Part shown: positions 10,039-20,168 of the stretch, piece by piece | Position numbering within the stretch: the stretch's first letter is position 1 | Layout: each line of letters begins with the position of its first letter | Assembly (NCBI GenBank): GCA_949493535.1 | Contig: CASZWJ010000001.1 | Location: 140,850-204,849 of the forward strand | From: an uncultured Alphaproteobacteria bacterium | GTDB lineage: Bacteria > Pseudomonadota > Alphaproteobacteria > RF32 > CAG-239 | Direction of reading: 5' to 3' | Length of the DNA: 64,000 nucleotides | Made by a program: the position numbers and the translations under genes | Notes under the pieces: model-generated | The model's database searches: none | The model's input: only the letters and a program-made list of their open reading frames with translations | What the model was told of the DNA's origin: nothing

Positions 10039-10608
10039 CTATTTCTTAAAAGAAGTCAGGTTTTCGCGCTGGAAACGGCTCATGCTTTTATAGACTAAAG
10101 CGGCATTTTGCAGAGCGTTTTTAACCCCGAGCGAAGCTGCTTTTTGGTATAGGTAAAAGGCCTCCGGCAAATCTTGTTTGACGCCGATGCCGCGGGCATA
10201 CATCCATGCTTTTATTTCAACGGCTTTAGGGTCGTTGTTATCGGCATAACGGTCGATTTCTTCCAGCTCAACCGGCGTTACGCGGTTTTCTTTAACAGCT
10301 TTGACGGCTTCTTTCCAGCGTTTAAGCTCTTCCAGCCTTTGCTGTTCACGGATTTTGCGTTCGTCTATCAGGCTGACGGGCTTATTTTCCGGTATGTCTT
10401 TTACTTCAGCCTGAGGATAGGCTTTGATAAAATCTTCTTCGAACAAAAGTTCCGGCTGATTGCGGTTTTTAACGAATATCGGCAAATATCCCTTGTTGTC
10501 ATCACGGACAAGGTCTCGGTATATTTCATCCAAACCGACAGCATGCGCCGTTTGCGAACAGAAGCATATTGCCAGCAGCGTAAAAAATATTTTCAGATAT
10601 TTGTTCAT
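10039..10608 (-). CDS. secreted Sel1-repeat protein
   Basis: Signal peptide MNKYLKIFFTLLAICFCSQTAHA. C-terminal Sel1-like repeat AWMYARGIGVKQDLPEAFYLYQKAASLG. Confidence 0.65.
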   Translation of the reverse strand: MNKYLKIFFTLLAICFCSQTAHAVGLDEIYRDLVRDDNKGYLPIFVKNRNQPELLFEEDFIKAYPQAEVKDIPENKPVSLIDERKIREQQRLEELKRWKEAVKAVKENRVTPVELEEIDRYADNNDPKAVEIKAWMYARGIGVKQDLPEAFYLYQKAASLGVKNALQNAALVYKSMSRFQRENLTSFKK

Positions 10609-10708
10609 TTCTTTATTTTATGTTTTCAAAACTTATGTTAATAGTACTTAACTGTTGCTGCTAATTAAAGCATAAATTGCCTTTTATGAACATTTTAGAG
10701 GTATAAAT

Positions 10709-11632
10709 ATGAAAAAAATATATAATTCGGTTACCGAGCTTGTCGGCAAGACCCCGTTGGTCAAGCTTTCGCGTCTGGCTAAGAAAAATAAGGTTAAAGC
10801 CAATATTTTGGCAAAATGCGAATTTTTTAACCCGTTGTTTTCGGTTAAAGACAGGGTTGCTTTGAATATGCTCGAAAAAGCGGCCGAAAAATATAAGATT
10901 ACCGATGAAACGGTGTTTGTTGAGGCAACGTCCGGAAACACCGGCATCGGTTTGGCGGGAATCTGTGCGGCAAAAGGCTATAAGCTGGTGATTACCATGC
11001 CGGAGAATATGACAAAAGAACGGATTATGCTGATGCGGCATTTTGGCGCCGAAGTGATTTTAACTCCGGCGGAAGACGGCATGAAAGGGGCAATTGCCAA
11101 AGCTGATATGCTGGCGGAAAAAAATCCGAACGTGATTTTGCTGCGCCAGTTTGCCAATGAGGCAAATCCGGCGGCACACCGTTTCGGTACAAGTATTGAA
11201 ATTATTGAGGATACGGGCGGCGAAGTTGATGTTTTTGTCAGTGCGGTCGGAACTTCCGGAACACTGACCGGTACAGTTTCAACCCTGAAAACCTGTAATC
11301 CCGATTTATATGTTATTGCCGTTGAGCCGGCTTCAAGTCCTGTTTTGAACGGCGGGAAGGCGGGGGCGCACAAAATTCCGGGAATCGGCGCCGGATTTGT
11401 GCCTGAGTTTTATGATAAGTCTTTAGTCAATGAGGTTATGGATATTACCGACGAAGAAGCATTGGCGATGTCCCGCCAGGCAGGAATGACGGAAGGCCTG
11501 TCTGTCGGCTTGTCTGCCGGCGCGGCATTATGCGCGGCGGTTAAGGCTGGGCAGCGTCCGGAATTTAAGGGCAAAAATATTGTCGTTATTATTCCGGACA
11601 GCGTTGATAAATATTTGTCCATGATGAACTGA
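10709..11632 (+). CDS. cysK: cysteine synthase A (O-acetylserine sulfhydrylase)
   Basis: PLP-lysine motif NPLFSVKDR and glycine loop TSGNTGIG. 307 aa. Confidence 0.9.
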   Translation: MKKIYNSVTELVGKTPLVKLSRLAKKNKVKANILAKCEFFNPLFSVKDRVALNMLEKAAEKYKITDETVFVEATSGNTGIGLAGICAAKGYKLVITMPENMTKERIMLMRHFGAEVILTPAEDGMKGAIAKADMLAEKNPNVILLRQFANEANPAAHRFGTSIEIIEDTGGEVDVFVSAVGTSGTLTGTVSTLKTCNPDLYVIAVEPASSPVLNGGKAGAHKIPGIGAGFVPEFYDKSLVNEVMDITDEEALAMSRQAGMTEGLSVGLSAGAALCAAVKAGQRPEFKGKNIVVIIPDSVDKYLSMMN

Positions 11633-11712
11633 TAAGCTGAAAAATTAAATTGCTAAATTTTCAGTACCGCGTTAATAATAGAGCAGTTTTTAAAATTGAA
11701 AAAGATTAACAG

Positions 11713-12822
11713 ATGAATCCAAAGTCAATATTGGGCCGTTATCTGGCCAAGCAGATTATTTATAATTTCATCGCTGTGCTGTTAATGGTGCTGGGTGTGG
11801 TTTTGCTGTTTGAAGTCGTTGAGCTGCTGCGCAAAGCTTCTAACCGCGAAGACGTGACTTTTTGGTTTATTATGGAAATGGCCTTGACCAAAATGCCGCG
11901 AACGCTGGACATGGTTTTTCCGTTTGTGATGATGATTGCGGCAATGGTAACGTTTTGGCGGGTGAGCAAAACAAACGAATTTGTCGTTATCCGTGCGGCA
12001 GGCGTTTCCATTTGGGGCTTTCTGACGCCGGTTTTGTTTGCCGTCTTTGCTCTGGGCGTGCTGAATATTACGGTTATGAATCCGATTGCGGCAAAAATGT
12101 ATGAGATTTATGAAACGCTGGATTACCGTTTTGATACCCGAAATCCGAATGCCGTTTTATTCTCGGACAAGGGTTTGTGGACGAGGGAAGCGCTTGATGA
12201 AGATACGTTTCAGGTTATGCAGGCGAAATCTGCCCGGCAGGAAAATGACGATTCATTGTTTTTGCGTGATGTAAGCATTCTGGAAATGAACAGAAAATCT
12301 CAGCCCGAACGACGGATTGAGGCTTTTGTGGCAACGCTGAACGACGGTTATTTTGACTTGAAAGACTTGAAAATTTATGCCGCCGGAAAGCCGGTCGAAA
12401 CCTTAAGCAGCCTGAAATATAAAACGGCTTTGACCGTTGACCGCATTAAAGAAAATTTTGTTGAGCCGGATGCCATTTCTTTTTGGGATTTGCCGGGGAC
12501 AATCAGTTTTTATGAACATTCGGGCTTTTCGGCCTTAAAGCACAAGCTGCGTTATTATTCGCTGCTGGCTTCTCCGTTTTTGTTGTGTTCAATGGTGTTG
12601 GTGGCGGCCGTTTTTGCTTTGCGCCCGAATAATCGCCGCGGCGGCGTTATGTTTTTGATTGTCGGCGGCATTTCAACCGGTTTTGTCGTTTATTTCCTTT
12701 CGCAGCTGATTTATGCTTTTGGCTTGAACGGGGATATTCCCGGCGTTTTGGCGGTATGGACGCCGACGCTTATCGCGACTTTGGTAAGCGTGTCTCTGCT
12801 GCTTCATTTGGAAGACGGTTAA
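11713..12822 (+). CDS. lptG: LPS export ABC permease, LptF/LptG family
   Basis: 369 aa, YjgP/YjgQ-type topology: 3 TM, a large periplasmic domain, then 3 TM. N-terminus ILGRYLAKQ is typical of the family. Confidence 0.75.
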   Translation: MNPKSILGRYLAKQIIYNFIAVLLMVLGVVLLFEVVELLRKASNREDVTFWFIMEMALTKMPRTLDMVFPFVMMIAAMVTFWRVSKTNEFVVIRAAGVSIWGFLTPVLFAVFALGVLNITVMNPIAAKMYEIYETLDYRFDTRNPNAVLFSDKGLWTREALDEDTFQVMQAKSARQENDDSLFLRDVSILEMNRKSQPERRIEAFVATLNDGYFDLKDLKIYAAGKPVETLSSLKYKTALTVDRIKENFVEPDAISFWDLPGTISFYEHSGFSALKHKLRYYSLLASPFLLCSMVLVAAVFALRPNNRRGGVMFLIVGGISTGFVVYFLSQLIYAFGLNGDIPGVLAVWTPTLIATLVSVSLLLHLEDG

Positions 12823-12907
12823 AGAAAACCCGTCTGGCGGGTATACGGGGCGTTTTGGCGGTGTCGTTTTCTTGAGTGTCTCTTGTATACTCTGAGGTTG
12901 CGCTTCT

Positions 12908-12923
12908 GAAATCACTCTATATC
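12908..12923 (+). repeat. solo right-arm of the dispersed element (copy F)
   Basis: GAAATCACTCTATATC matches the right terminal repeat of copies A/B/C. No convincing left arm is seen. Confidence 0.4.
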
Positions 12924-13108
12924 TCATGTTATTCGAGTTTTTCTAATCGGTTCATATATATTTGAAATGTTTTAAGTGAGAATTTATGAAAATAGTTAAG
13001 CTTATTTCTTAGCGGATTGTTTTTTTATTTCTATAAGATATAAAAAATGCTGGATTTTTAAAAAGTTTTCTGTTATATCTCTTTACAGAATTGATAATAT
13101 TAGATGAG

Positions 13109-13135
13109 GCGGGGTAAAAACCCCGCTTCTTTCGT
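13109..13135 (+). promoter_or_regulatory. leader hairpin, candidate attenuator of the rimP-nusA-infB operon
   Basis: GCGGGG-taaaaa-CCCCGC followed by the T-rich TTCTTTCG, about 17 nt before the rimP RBS AAGGA (13136-13140). Confidence 0.4.
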
Positions 13136-13151
13136 AAGGAAAACAGAAAAC

Positions 13152-13673
13152 ATGCAAACAAAACACCCATTACAGGATTTACTGGAACCGGTCGTCGAAG
13201 GTTTGGGCTATGAATTGGTGCGGATTTTGACAATCGGCCAGAAAGATCCGACCCTGCAAATTATGATTGACCGGAAAGACGGCAAAGACATTACGGTTGA
13301 CGATTGTGCAACAGTCAGCCGTAAAATTTCTGAGGTTATGGATGAAAAAGATCCGATAGAAGACCGTTATTCGCTGGAAGTCAGTTCGCCGGGGCTGGAC
13401 CGTCCGTTAACCAAAGTTGAACATTTTAAACGTTTTGCCGGTTATGAAACCAAAATTGAAACAGGTGTTGAAGTTTCCGGACGCAAGAGATTTAAGGGCA
13501 AGACCCTTGGCGTTGATGCCGACAATAATATCAAACTGGAAATGGACGGCCAGGAATATGCCATTCCGTTTGAAGATATTAATAAGGCCAAAATCGTGCT
13601 GACAGACGAACTGTTGGCAGAATATATGGCTGCCCATGAAAATGATGAAGCCGTCGAGCTTGATGAAGAATAA
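13152..13673 (+). CDS. rimP: ribosome maturation factor RimP
   Basis: Start MQTKHPLQDLLEPVVEGLGYELVRI matches the RimP N-terminus. The ORF track's 13104 start would include the leader hairpin; ATG 13152 has an RBS. Confidence 0.85.
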   Translation: MQTKHPLQDLLEPVVEGLGYELVRILTIGQKDPTLQIMIDRKDGKDITVDDCATVSRKISEVMDEKDPIEDRYSLEVSSPGLDRPLTKVEHFKRFAGYETKIETGVEVSGRKRFKGKTLGVDADNNIKLEMDGQEYAIPFEDINKAKIVLTDELLAEYMAAHENDEAVELDEE

Positions 13674-13705
13674 GTTTTGATAAATATTTTAACAGAGGAT
13701 TTGAA

Positions 13706-15247
13706 ATGCAAAATATTGAGAGTATGCCCAGACCAGAAATTATCTTAGTTGCCGATACCGTTGCCCGCGAAAAAAATATTGAACGCGATGACGTATTAGA
13801 AGCTATGGAAATTGCCATTCAAAAAGCCGGCCGTTCAAAATACGGTTTTGAGCATGATATCCGCGCGCATATTGACCGCAAAACCGGCGCGATTACTCTG
13901 GCGCGCTACCGCGAAGTTGTCGAATCGGAAGACATGGTTGAAAATGACGTTACGCAAATGACGTTAAAACAGGCCAAGGCTTATAACAAAGACATTAAAG
14001 CCGGCGAATTTATCATTGATAACCTGCCGCCGATTGACTTCGGACGTATTGCCGCCCAAACCGCAAAGCAGGTTATTGTCCAGAAAGTTCGTGATGCCGA
14101 GCGCAACAAACAGTATGAAGAATACAAAGAAAAAGTCGGTACGATTATCAACGGTACGGTTAAACGTGTTGAATTCGGCAATGTGGTTCTGGATATCGGC
14201 AAGGCCGAAGCTGTTTTGCGCCGCGATGAAATTATTCCGAGAGAAAAATTCAAAAACGGCGACCGTGTCCGCGCTTATGTTTTGGACGTACGTAAAGAAA
14301 ACAAAGGTCCGCAAATTTTCTTATCCCGTACTTGCCCTGAATTTTTGGCAAAATTGTTTACTTCCGAAGTTCCGGAAATTTACGACGGCATTGTCAAAAT
14401 TGTTTCCGTTGCCCGTGATCCGGGATCTAAGGCAAAAATCTCGGTTAAAACCGATGACGTGACGGTTGATGCCGTCGGCGCCTGCGTCGGTTTGCGCGGT
14501 ATTCGCGTTCAGGCTGTGGTTACGGAACTTCAAGGCGAAAAAATCGATATCGTCCCTTATTCTGAAGACAAAGCCCAATTTATTGTCAGCGCTTTGGCTC
14601 CGGCCGAAGTCAGCAAGGTTGTTCTTGATGAAGAAAACAACCGCATTGAAGTTGCTGTTCCGCAAGACCAGTTCTCTATTGCTATCGGCCGCCGCGGCCA
14701 GAATGTTAAACTGGCTTCCCAGCTGGTCGGCTGCGATATTGACGTTTTGACCGAAGAACAGGAACAAGAGCGTCGCTCTAATGAAAACAAAGTCCGTTCT
14801 CAGCGCTTTATGGAAGCTTTGGATGTTGATGAAATGATTGCTCATTTGTTAATCGCCGAAGGTTTCTCAACGGTTGACGAAGTTGCTTTGGTTTCCGTTT
14901 CCGAATTGGCCGAAATTGAAGGCTTTGACGAAGACGTTGCCAATGAGCTTCAGGCCAGAGCCAAGGCTTTTGTTGAAAAACGCAACCAAGAATTTGAAGA
15001 AAAGAGCAAATCATTGGGCATTGATGAAAAAATTCAGCAGATTGAAGGGCTTGATCGCGATATGATTTTGACTTTGGCTAATGCCGGCGTAAAAAATATT
15101 GACGATTTGGGCGATTTGGCTACAGATGAATTGATTGAAATTCTCGGCGAAAATACCATTTCTGTTGTCGAAGCCAACAAAATCATTATGGCTGCCCGTG
15201 AACATTGGTTTGAAAATGAAGAACAGTCAGAAGAAACTGTTGAATAA
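13706..15247 (+). CDS. nusA: transcription termination/antitermination factor NusA
   Basis: 513 aa with S1 and KH domains and C-terminal acidic repeats. Conserved position between rimP and infB. Confidence 0.95.
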   Translation: MQNIESMPRPEIILVADTVAREKNIERDDVLEAMEIAIQKAGRSKYGFEHDIRAHIDRKTGAITLARYREVVESEDMVENDVTQMTLKQAKAYNKDIKAGEFIIDNLPPIDFGRIAAQTAKQVIVQKVRDAERNKQYEEYKEKVGTIINGTVKRVEFGNVVLDIGKAEAVLRRDEIIPREKFKNGDRVRAYVLDVRKENKGPQIFLSRTCPEFLAKLFTSEVPEIYDGIVKIVSVARDPGSKAKISVKTDDVTVDAVGACVGLRGIRVQAVVTELQGEKIDIVPYSEDKAQFIVSALAPAEVSKVVLDEENNRIEVAVPQDQFSIAIGRRGQNVKLASQLVGCDIDVLTEEQEQERRSNENKVRSQRFMEALDVDEMIAHLLIAEGFSTVDEVALVSVSELAEIEGFDEDVANELQARAKAFVEKRNQEFEEKSKSLGIDEKIQQIEGLDRDMILTLANAGVKNIDDLGDLATDELIEILGENTISVVEANKIIMAAREHWFENEEQSEETVE

Positions 15248-15269
15248 TAACTAAAGAAAAGCAGGTTTT

Positions 15270-15839
15270 ATGAAAGCTGAAGAAACAAGGAAATGCATCG
15301 TGAGCGGCGATGTGCTGCCAAAAGAAGAAATGCTGCGCTTTACCGTTACGCCTGATAATACGGTTGTTCCCGATTTTAAGAAAAAACTTCCGGGGAAAGG
15401 AATTTGGGTGAAAAATTCCAAAACGGCCTTACAGACAGCGGTTGCCAAAAACCTTTTTTCGAAAGCGGCAAAGAAATCTGTAAAAGTTGATGCGGGGTTA
15501 GTTGAAATGGTTGAAAAGCTGCTTAAAAAGCATGGTTTGGAGACCATTTCTCTGGCTCGCAAAGCCGGCGTGTTGCTGACCGGTTTTGAAAAAGTCAGCG
15601 ACGCTGTTAAGAAAAATAAAGCGGCTTTTATTTTAGAAGCCAAAGATGCCGGAGCAGACGGGCATAACCGGATTATGCTGCTGGCTAAGAATTTGGAAGT
15701 TTTCCATACTTATGAAATTGAGGAGTTGGACAAGGCATTAGATAAAGTTAATACGGTTCATGCCGCTTTTTTGCAAAGTGAAATGGCCAAAGCAGTTCAT
15801 AACGAGTTTTCCAGATTGGAAGATTTTTTAAATTCTTAG
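15270..15839 (+). CDS. YlxR (DUF448)-like RNA-binding domain fused to an L7Ae/YlxQ-like domain
   Basis: N-terminal [18 protein letters not shown]...GKGIWV is DUF448-like. The C-terminal half ([34 protein letters not shown]) resembles L7Ae-family YlxQ. Both sit in the usual nusA-infB spacer position. Confidence 0.7.
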   Translation: MKAEETRKCIVSGDVLPKEEMLRFTVTPDNTVVPDFKKKLPGKGIWVKNSKTALQTAVAKNLFSKAAKKSVKVDAGLVEMVEKLLKKHGLETISLARKAGVLLTGFEKVSDAVKKNKAAFILEAKDAGADGHNRIMLLAKNLEVFHTYEIEELDKALDKVNTVHAAFLQSEMAKAVHNEFSRLEDFLNS

Positions 15840-15867
15840 AAATAGGATAAGCAGAGAAGGAATAATA

Positions 15868-18336
15868 ATGACAGAAGATAATGCAAAAAATAAATTAACA
15901 TTATCAGGAAAATCTACCCTGACGCTGAAATTGGGCGATAAAGCCAAATCGGTAAATAACGAGGGTAAAAAAGTTGTTCAGGTTGAGGTTCGCAAAAAGA
16001 GAATTATCAATCCCTCAACCGTCGGTTCGGAGCCGAAAGTTAAAATTGATGACGCAACGGCGGCAAAGCTTCGTTTGATTGCCGAAGCCAAAGAGCATGA
16101 GGCCAGACGCCGTCAGGAAGAGGAAGAAAAAGCCATTGCCCGCCAGAAACAGCAGGAAGAAGACAAACGCCGCCAGGAAGAAGAAGCAAAAGCCTTAGCT
16201 GCCGCTAAAGAAGCCGAAGAAGCAGCACGTGCCGCCGCGGCTAAACAGAATGCCAAAAAAGACGATTTTGCAGAAGCTTCGGCTGAAGACAGATCCTTTA
16301 AGGCAAAAGAAAAGAAATCTAAAGATTTTGATGATGACGATGATGAAAATGTTTATCACAAGAAAACAGTTGTTTCTCGTGACGATTCATTTGAACAAGA
16401 TCGTAAAAAGGTGACCAAACGCAGTTTTGAGCCGCAAAAACGCAATGGCGGAAAATTTAGCGTTCATAATATTATGGGCGATGATGATGACGACGATTAC
16501 GGGTTCGGCGGACGCAGACGTTATAAGAAAAAACAGCCGAAACAGCAGCCGGTTCAACAGCAGCCTCAGGAAAAAATCATTCGCGAGGTTATTGTTCCCG
16601 AAGTTATTACCGTTCAGGAACTGGCTAACCGTATGGCTGAAAAAAGCGCCGATGTTATCAAAAAATTGATGGCTTTGGGCGTGATGGCGACCATTAATCA
16701 GCCGATTGACGCTGATACGGCTCAGATTGTGGTTGAAGAATTGGGGCACAAGGTTAAACGTGTGGCTGACAGCGACGTCGAGCTGGGTTTGGAAGGCAAA
16801 GAAGACCAGCCGGAGGACTTGTTGCCGCGTGCGCCGGTCGTGACCGTTATGGGACACGTCGACCATGGTAAAACTTCTTTGCTTGACGCTTTGCGCGAAA
16901 CTAACGTTGTTGCCCGCGAGGCCGGTGGTATTACCCAGCATATCGGTGCTTATCAGATTACGGTTCCGACCGGTGATAAGATTACGTTTATTGATACGCC
17001 GGGTCACGAAGCTTTTTCAGAGATGCGCGCCCGCGGTGCCAAAGTAACGGATATTGTGGTTTTGGTTGTGGCCGCCAATGACGGTATCATGCCGCAAACG
17101 ATTGAAGCTATCCGCCATGCTCAGGCAGCGGAAGTTCCGATTGTGGTGGCAATTAACAAAATCGATTTGCCCGGTGCTGATCCTATGAAAGTCAAAACAG
17201 CTTTGTTGCAACATGGAATTGCCGTTGAAGAAATGGGCGGCGATAGTTTATGTGCCGAGGTTTCTGCCAAAAAGCGCATGAATATTGACAAGTTGGTCGA
17301 AGCTATATTGTTGCAGGCCGAGATTTTGGATTTGAAAGCTAATCCCAACCGCAAAGCAGAGGGTGCCGTTGTTGAGGCCAAAATGGAAAAAGGCCGCGGT
17401 TCCGTTGCTACCGTTTTGGTTCAGAGGGGCAATCTGAAAATCGGCGATATTATCATCGCCGGCAAGGAATGGGGACGTGTCCGCGCGATGTTTAACGAAC
17501 ACGGCAAGAAAATTTTTGAGGCAGGTCCGGCTACGCCGGTTGAGGTTCTCGGTTTGCAGGGCACGCCTGCTGCCGGTGATGATTTCATTGTTGTTGCCGA
17601 TGAGACTCAGGCCAAGCAGGTTACCAATTACCGTATTTGTAAAGAGCGTGATGCCAAGATTGTTAAATCGGCAAAATCAGCTATGGAACAGATGCTTGAT
17701 AAAATTAAATCAGGCGAATCCAAGCACCTGCCGATTATTATCAAAGCCGATGTTCAAGGTTCGGTCGAGGCTTTGGAAGGAACTCTTAACAAGCTGTCTA
17801 CGAGTGAGGTTGATGTTCAGATTTTGCATTCTGCCGTCGGTCCGATTTCCGAATCTGATATTTCTCTGGCAAAAGCTTCCAACGCGTTGATTATCGGTTT
17901 TAATGTCCGTGCCATTCCGCAAGCCCGCGATGCGGCTCGCCGTGACGGTATTGAAATTAAATATTACTCAATTATCTATGATGTTGCCGATGACGTGAAG
18001 AAAGGTTTGGAAGGCATGCTTTCTCCCGAACTGAAAGAAAAACTGCTCGGATATGCCGAAATTCGCGAAGTATATAATATTACCGGCGTTGGCAAAGTTG
18101 CCGGCTGTATGATTACCGAAGGTATTGTCCGCCGCGGAGCAAAAGTCCGCCTGCTGCGTGATAACGTCGTTATTCATGACGGTTCGTTAGGACAGCTCAA
18201 ACGTTTCAAAGAAGACGTTAAAGAAGTCCGTGAGGGTTATGAATGCGGTATGAGTTTTGAAAACTACAACGACATTCAAAAAGGCGACTTTATTGAGTGT
18301 TATGAGATTGAGGAAATTGCCGCAAAACTTTCATAA
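15868..18336 (+). CDS. infB: translation initiation factor IF-2
   Basis: 822 aa. GTPase motifs [17 protein letters not shown]. The N-terminal region is Lys/Glu/Ala-rich with poly-Asp tracts. Confidence 0.95.
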   Translation: MTEDNAKNKLTLSGKSTLTLKLGDKAKSVNNEGKKVVQVEVRKKRIINPSTVGSEPKVKIDDATAAKLRLIAEAKEHEARRRQEEEEKAIARQKQQEEDKRRQEEEAKALAAAKEAEEAARAAAAKQNAKKDDFAEASAEDRSFKAKEKKSKDFDDDDDENVYHKKTVVSRDDSFEQDRKKVTKRSFEPQKRNGGKFSVHNIMGDDDDDDYGFGGRRRYKKKQPKQQPVQQQPQEKIIREVIVPEVITVQELANRMAEKSADVIKKLMALGVMATINQPIDADTAQIVVEELGHKVKRVADSDVELGLEGKEDQPEDLLPRAPVVTVMGHVDHGKTSLLDALRETNVVAREAGGITQHIGAYQITVPTGDKITFIDTPGHEAFSEMRARGAKVTDIVVLVVAANDGIMPQTIEAIRHAQAAEVPIVVAINKIDLPGADPMKVKTALLQHGIAVEEMGGDSLCAEVSAKKRMNIDKLVEAILLQAEILDLKANPNRKAEGAVVEAKMEKGRGSVATVLVQRGNLKIGDIIIAGKEWGRVRAMFNEHGKKIFEAGPATPVEVLGLQGTPAAGDDFIVVADETQAKQVTNYRICKERDAKIVKSAKSAMEQMLDKIKSGESKHLPIIIKADVQGSVEALEGTLNKLSTSEVDVQILHSAVGPISESDISLAKASNALIIGFNVRAIPQARDAARRDGIEIKYYSIIYDVADDVKKGLEGMLSPELKEKLLGYAEIREVYNITGVGKVAGCMITEGIVRRGAKVRLLRDNVVIHDGSLGQLKRFKEDVKEVREGYECGMSFENYNDIQKGDFIECYEIEEIAAKLS

Positions 18337-18360
18337 CGGCCAACTAATACAGATTTTGCG

Positions 18361-18410
18361 GGTTGAAAGTGTCCTCTCGTACTTTTATGTACGCTCCGGT
18401 ACTTTCACCC
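18361..18410 (+). repeat. GTAC-core hairpin element, subfamily 2 (copy D')
   Basis: Outer stem GGTTGAAAGTG pairs with TACTTTCACCC, enclosing CGTACttttatGTACG. The inner stem differs from copy E by a compensatory T-A to C-G change. Confidence 0.55.
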
Positions 18411-18458
18411 TGAAATCTTATTATTTATTTCGTTCTGAAAATTTTGCATGCAAGTTCG

Positions 18459-18511
18459 TCTAGCGGTTTTCTGAGCGATTTTACGGTGATGATAAAAATC
18501 ACTCTATAAAT
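18459..18511 (+). repeat. collapsed copy of the element (terminal arms only, copy D)
   Basis: TCTAGCGGTTTTC + CTGAGCGATTTTAC sits directly next to AAAATCACTCTATAAAT. The central GTAC core is missing, so the left and right arms alone form a hairpin. Confidence 0.5.
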
Positions 18512-18562
18512 TCCACTATCCAAACTTTCATAGTTTGGCTCTAATGTAAAAGGTAAAAGAAT

Positions 18563-18940
18563 ATGCCGAATAATAAAGAACCATCACAAAGACAGCTTCG
18601 GGTCGGGCAAGAAATCCGCCGGATTATATCTTCTGAAATCGAGCGTGGAGAAGTTCGTAATTTGCAGGGAATTGATACTATGGTGACTGTCACCGAGGTT
18701 CATGTTTCTCCTGATTTGAAATATGCCAACGCCTATGTTATGACATTGAACGGAACATTTTTGAAAGAAGTTCTTGAGGCTTTGAACTTGGCTTCCAACC
18801 ATTTTCGCAAGAGTGTCGGACGCAATACAAATCTGCGTTATGTTCCTGAAATTGTTTTCAGAGAAGATAATTCATTTGCAGAAGTGGACAAGATTGAAAA
18901 ACTGCTGCATGATCCGCGTGTTCAACAGGATTTAAAATAA
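18563..18940 (+). CDS. rbfA: ribosome-binding factor A
   Basis: 125 aa. RbfA KH-like motif region QRQLRVGQEIRRIIS...VTVTEVHVSPDLKYANAY. Confidence 0.9.
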   Translation: MPNNKEPSQRQLRVGQEIRRIISSEIERGEVRNLQGIDTMVTVTEVHVSPDLKYANAYVMTLNGTFLKEVLEALNLASNHFRKSVGRNTNLRYVPEIVFREDNSFAEVDKIEKLLHDPRVQQDLK

Positions 18941-19069
18941 AAGCATAGAAAATTTATTTGGAAAAGCATCGGTTCTCCGGTGCTTTTTTTTGTTTGATTT
19001 TTGTCAATATTTCTTTTATGTTATAAGCTATAAATCAATTAATTTATAAACCTTTAATATTTATTATGT

Positions 19070-20020
19070 ATGGCTAACAAAAATGAAAAGCGTGAGGTTT
19101 ATGTCTGCAAAAATGATGAGGGAAACCGCAGCGTATTTGTTTATCAAAACGGTGAACGCTATTTCGGGCGTCTTTGCCGAATTTCTGATAACAGTGTAAT
19201 TCTTGAGTGGAATTTTGATGCTTATTTCTGTTTGGATAATTATTTTCTTTATCTGACAGGGGACAATTGGTTCTGCTTTAAGTTAGAACCGGAAGCACGT
19301 ACCGTTTATTTAGGACGCCGGTTGGCTGAAACGTTCTACGTTCATGAAAATGAAGCGGGTATGGTGCATTATGCTTATTTCGACTATGACGGAGATTATT
19401 GTTTGTTGGAGAGCAATGCTTTGCGGGTGGAAAAGGGCTATCATCGCGGTTCAAATGAAGAATGTATCCTGGTATTTGAAAAAGTAAAATTCTGCAAAGT
19501 CTTTTATTTGGCTCCCTGGGGTAATTGGATTGATCCTGTTCACTTCTTTTCTTTTATGAATGAGTGTAGCGGATATTTTTCTGTTGAAGCCGGAGAGCAG
19601 AATACACTTTATGGGCTTTTCTATGACGAAAAAGACGAAGGTTATCATCTGCTTCACACGGGAAAAAATTTGAGTCTGTTTCGCAATGCTTTTGTAAATA
19701 AGGAAGGAGATAAGTTTAACCTTTATCTCTATGACGGAAAGGAGCTTGTTGCAGCGGAAGAAGGAAGCCGTTTCTTTCAGAATTCCGAAGGGCTTGTTCT
19801 TGATGACAAATTTTGGGCTTGCCGAGATGATATTTTGGATATGCTTAATCTGAATATGCTGGATGTGCCTGAAACCATTGCTGAACAGTTTGCAGGGGAT
19901 AAATCTGGAGATGCCGTCTCTGTTGTTGACGAATCAGAGCCTTCTCCGGAACCTCGGCCAAAAATCGGATTTTTCCGCAGATTGCGCCGTTGGTTGGATT
20001 TTGGAAAACGAAGCCGGTGA
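19070..20020 (+). CDS. hypothetical protein (316 aa, aromatic-rich)
   Basis: Long ORF with coding-like codon usage. I recognise no family. No obvious SD. Inserted between rbfA and pyrE/truB. Confidence 0.45.
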   Translation: MANKNEKREVYVCKNDEGNRSVFVYQNGERYFGRLCRISDNSVILEWNFDAYFCLDNYFLYLTGDNWFCFKLEPEARTVYLGRRLAETFYVHENEAGMVHYAYFDYDGDYCLLESNALRVEKGYHRGSNEECILVFEKVKFCKVFYLAPWGNWIDPVHFFSFMNECSGYFSVEAGEQNTLYGLFYDEKDEGYHLLHTGKNLSLFRNAFVNKEGDKFNLYLYDGKELVAAEEGSRFFQNSEGLVLDDKFWACRDDILDMLNLNMLDVPETIAEQFAGDKSGDAVSVVDESEPSPEPRPKIGFFRRLRRWLDFGKRSR

Positions 20021-20168
20021 TTTTAATCGTAAAAAGACGATAAGGGATGTCTCTTATCGTCTTTTTGTTTGTCTAATTTTTGGCAATTTCGGTTGACTTT
20101 AAATGTTTTAAGAGTATTTTGTAATAGCTTTTATAAGTCTAATTTAATAATTTTAAAAATTTTTATGT

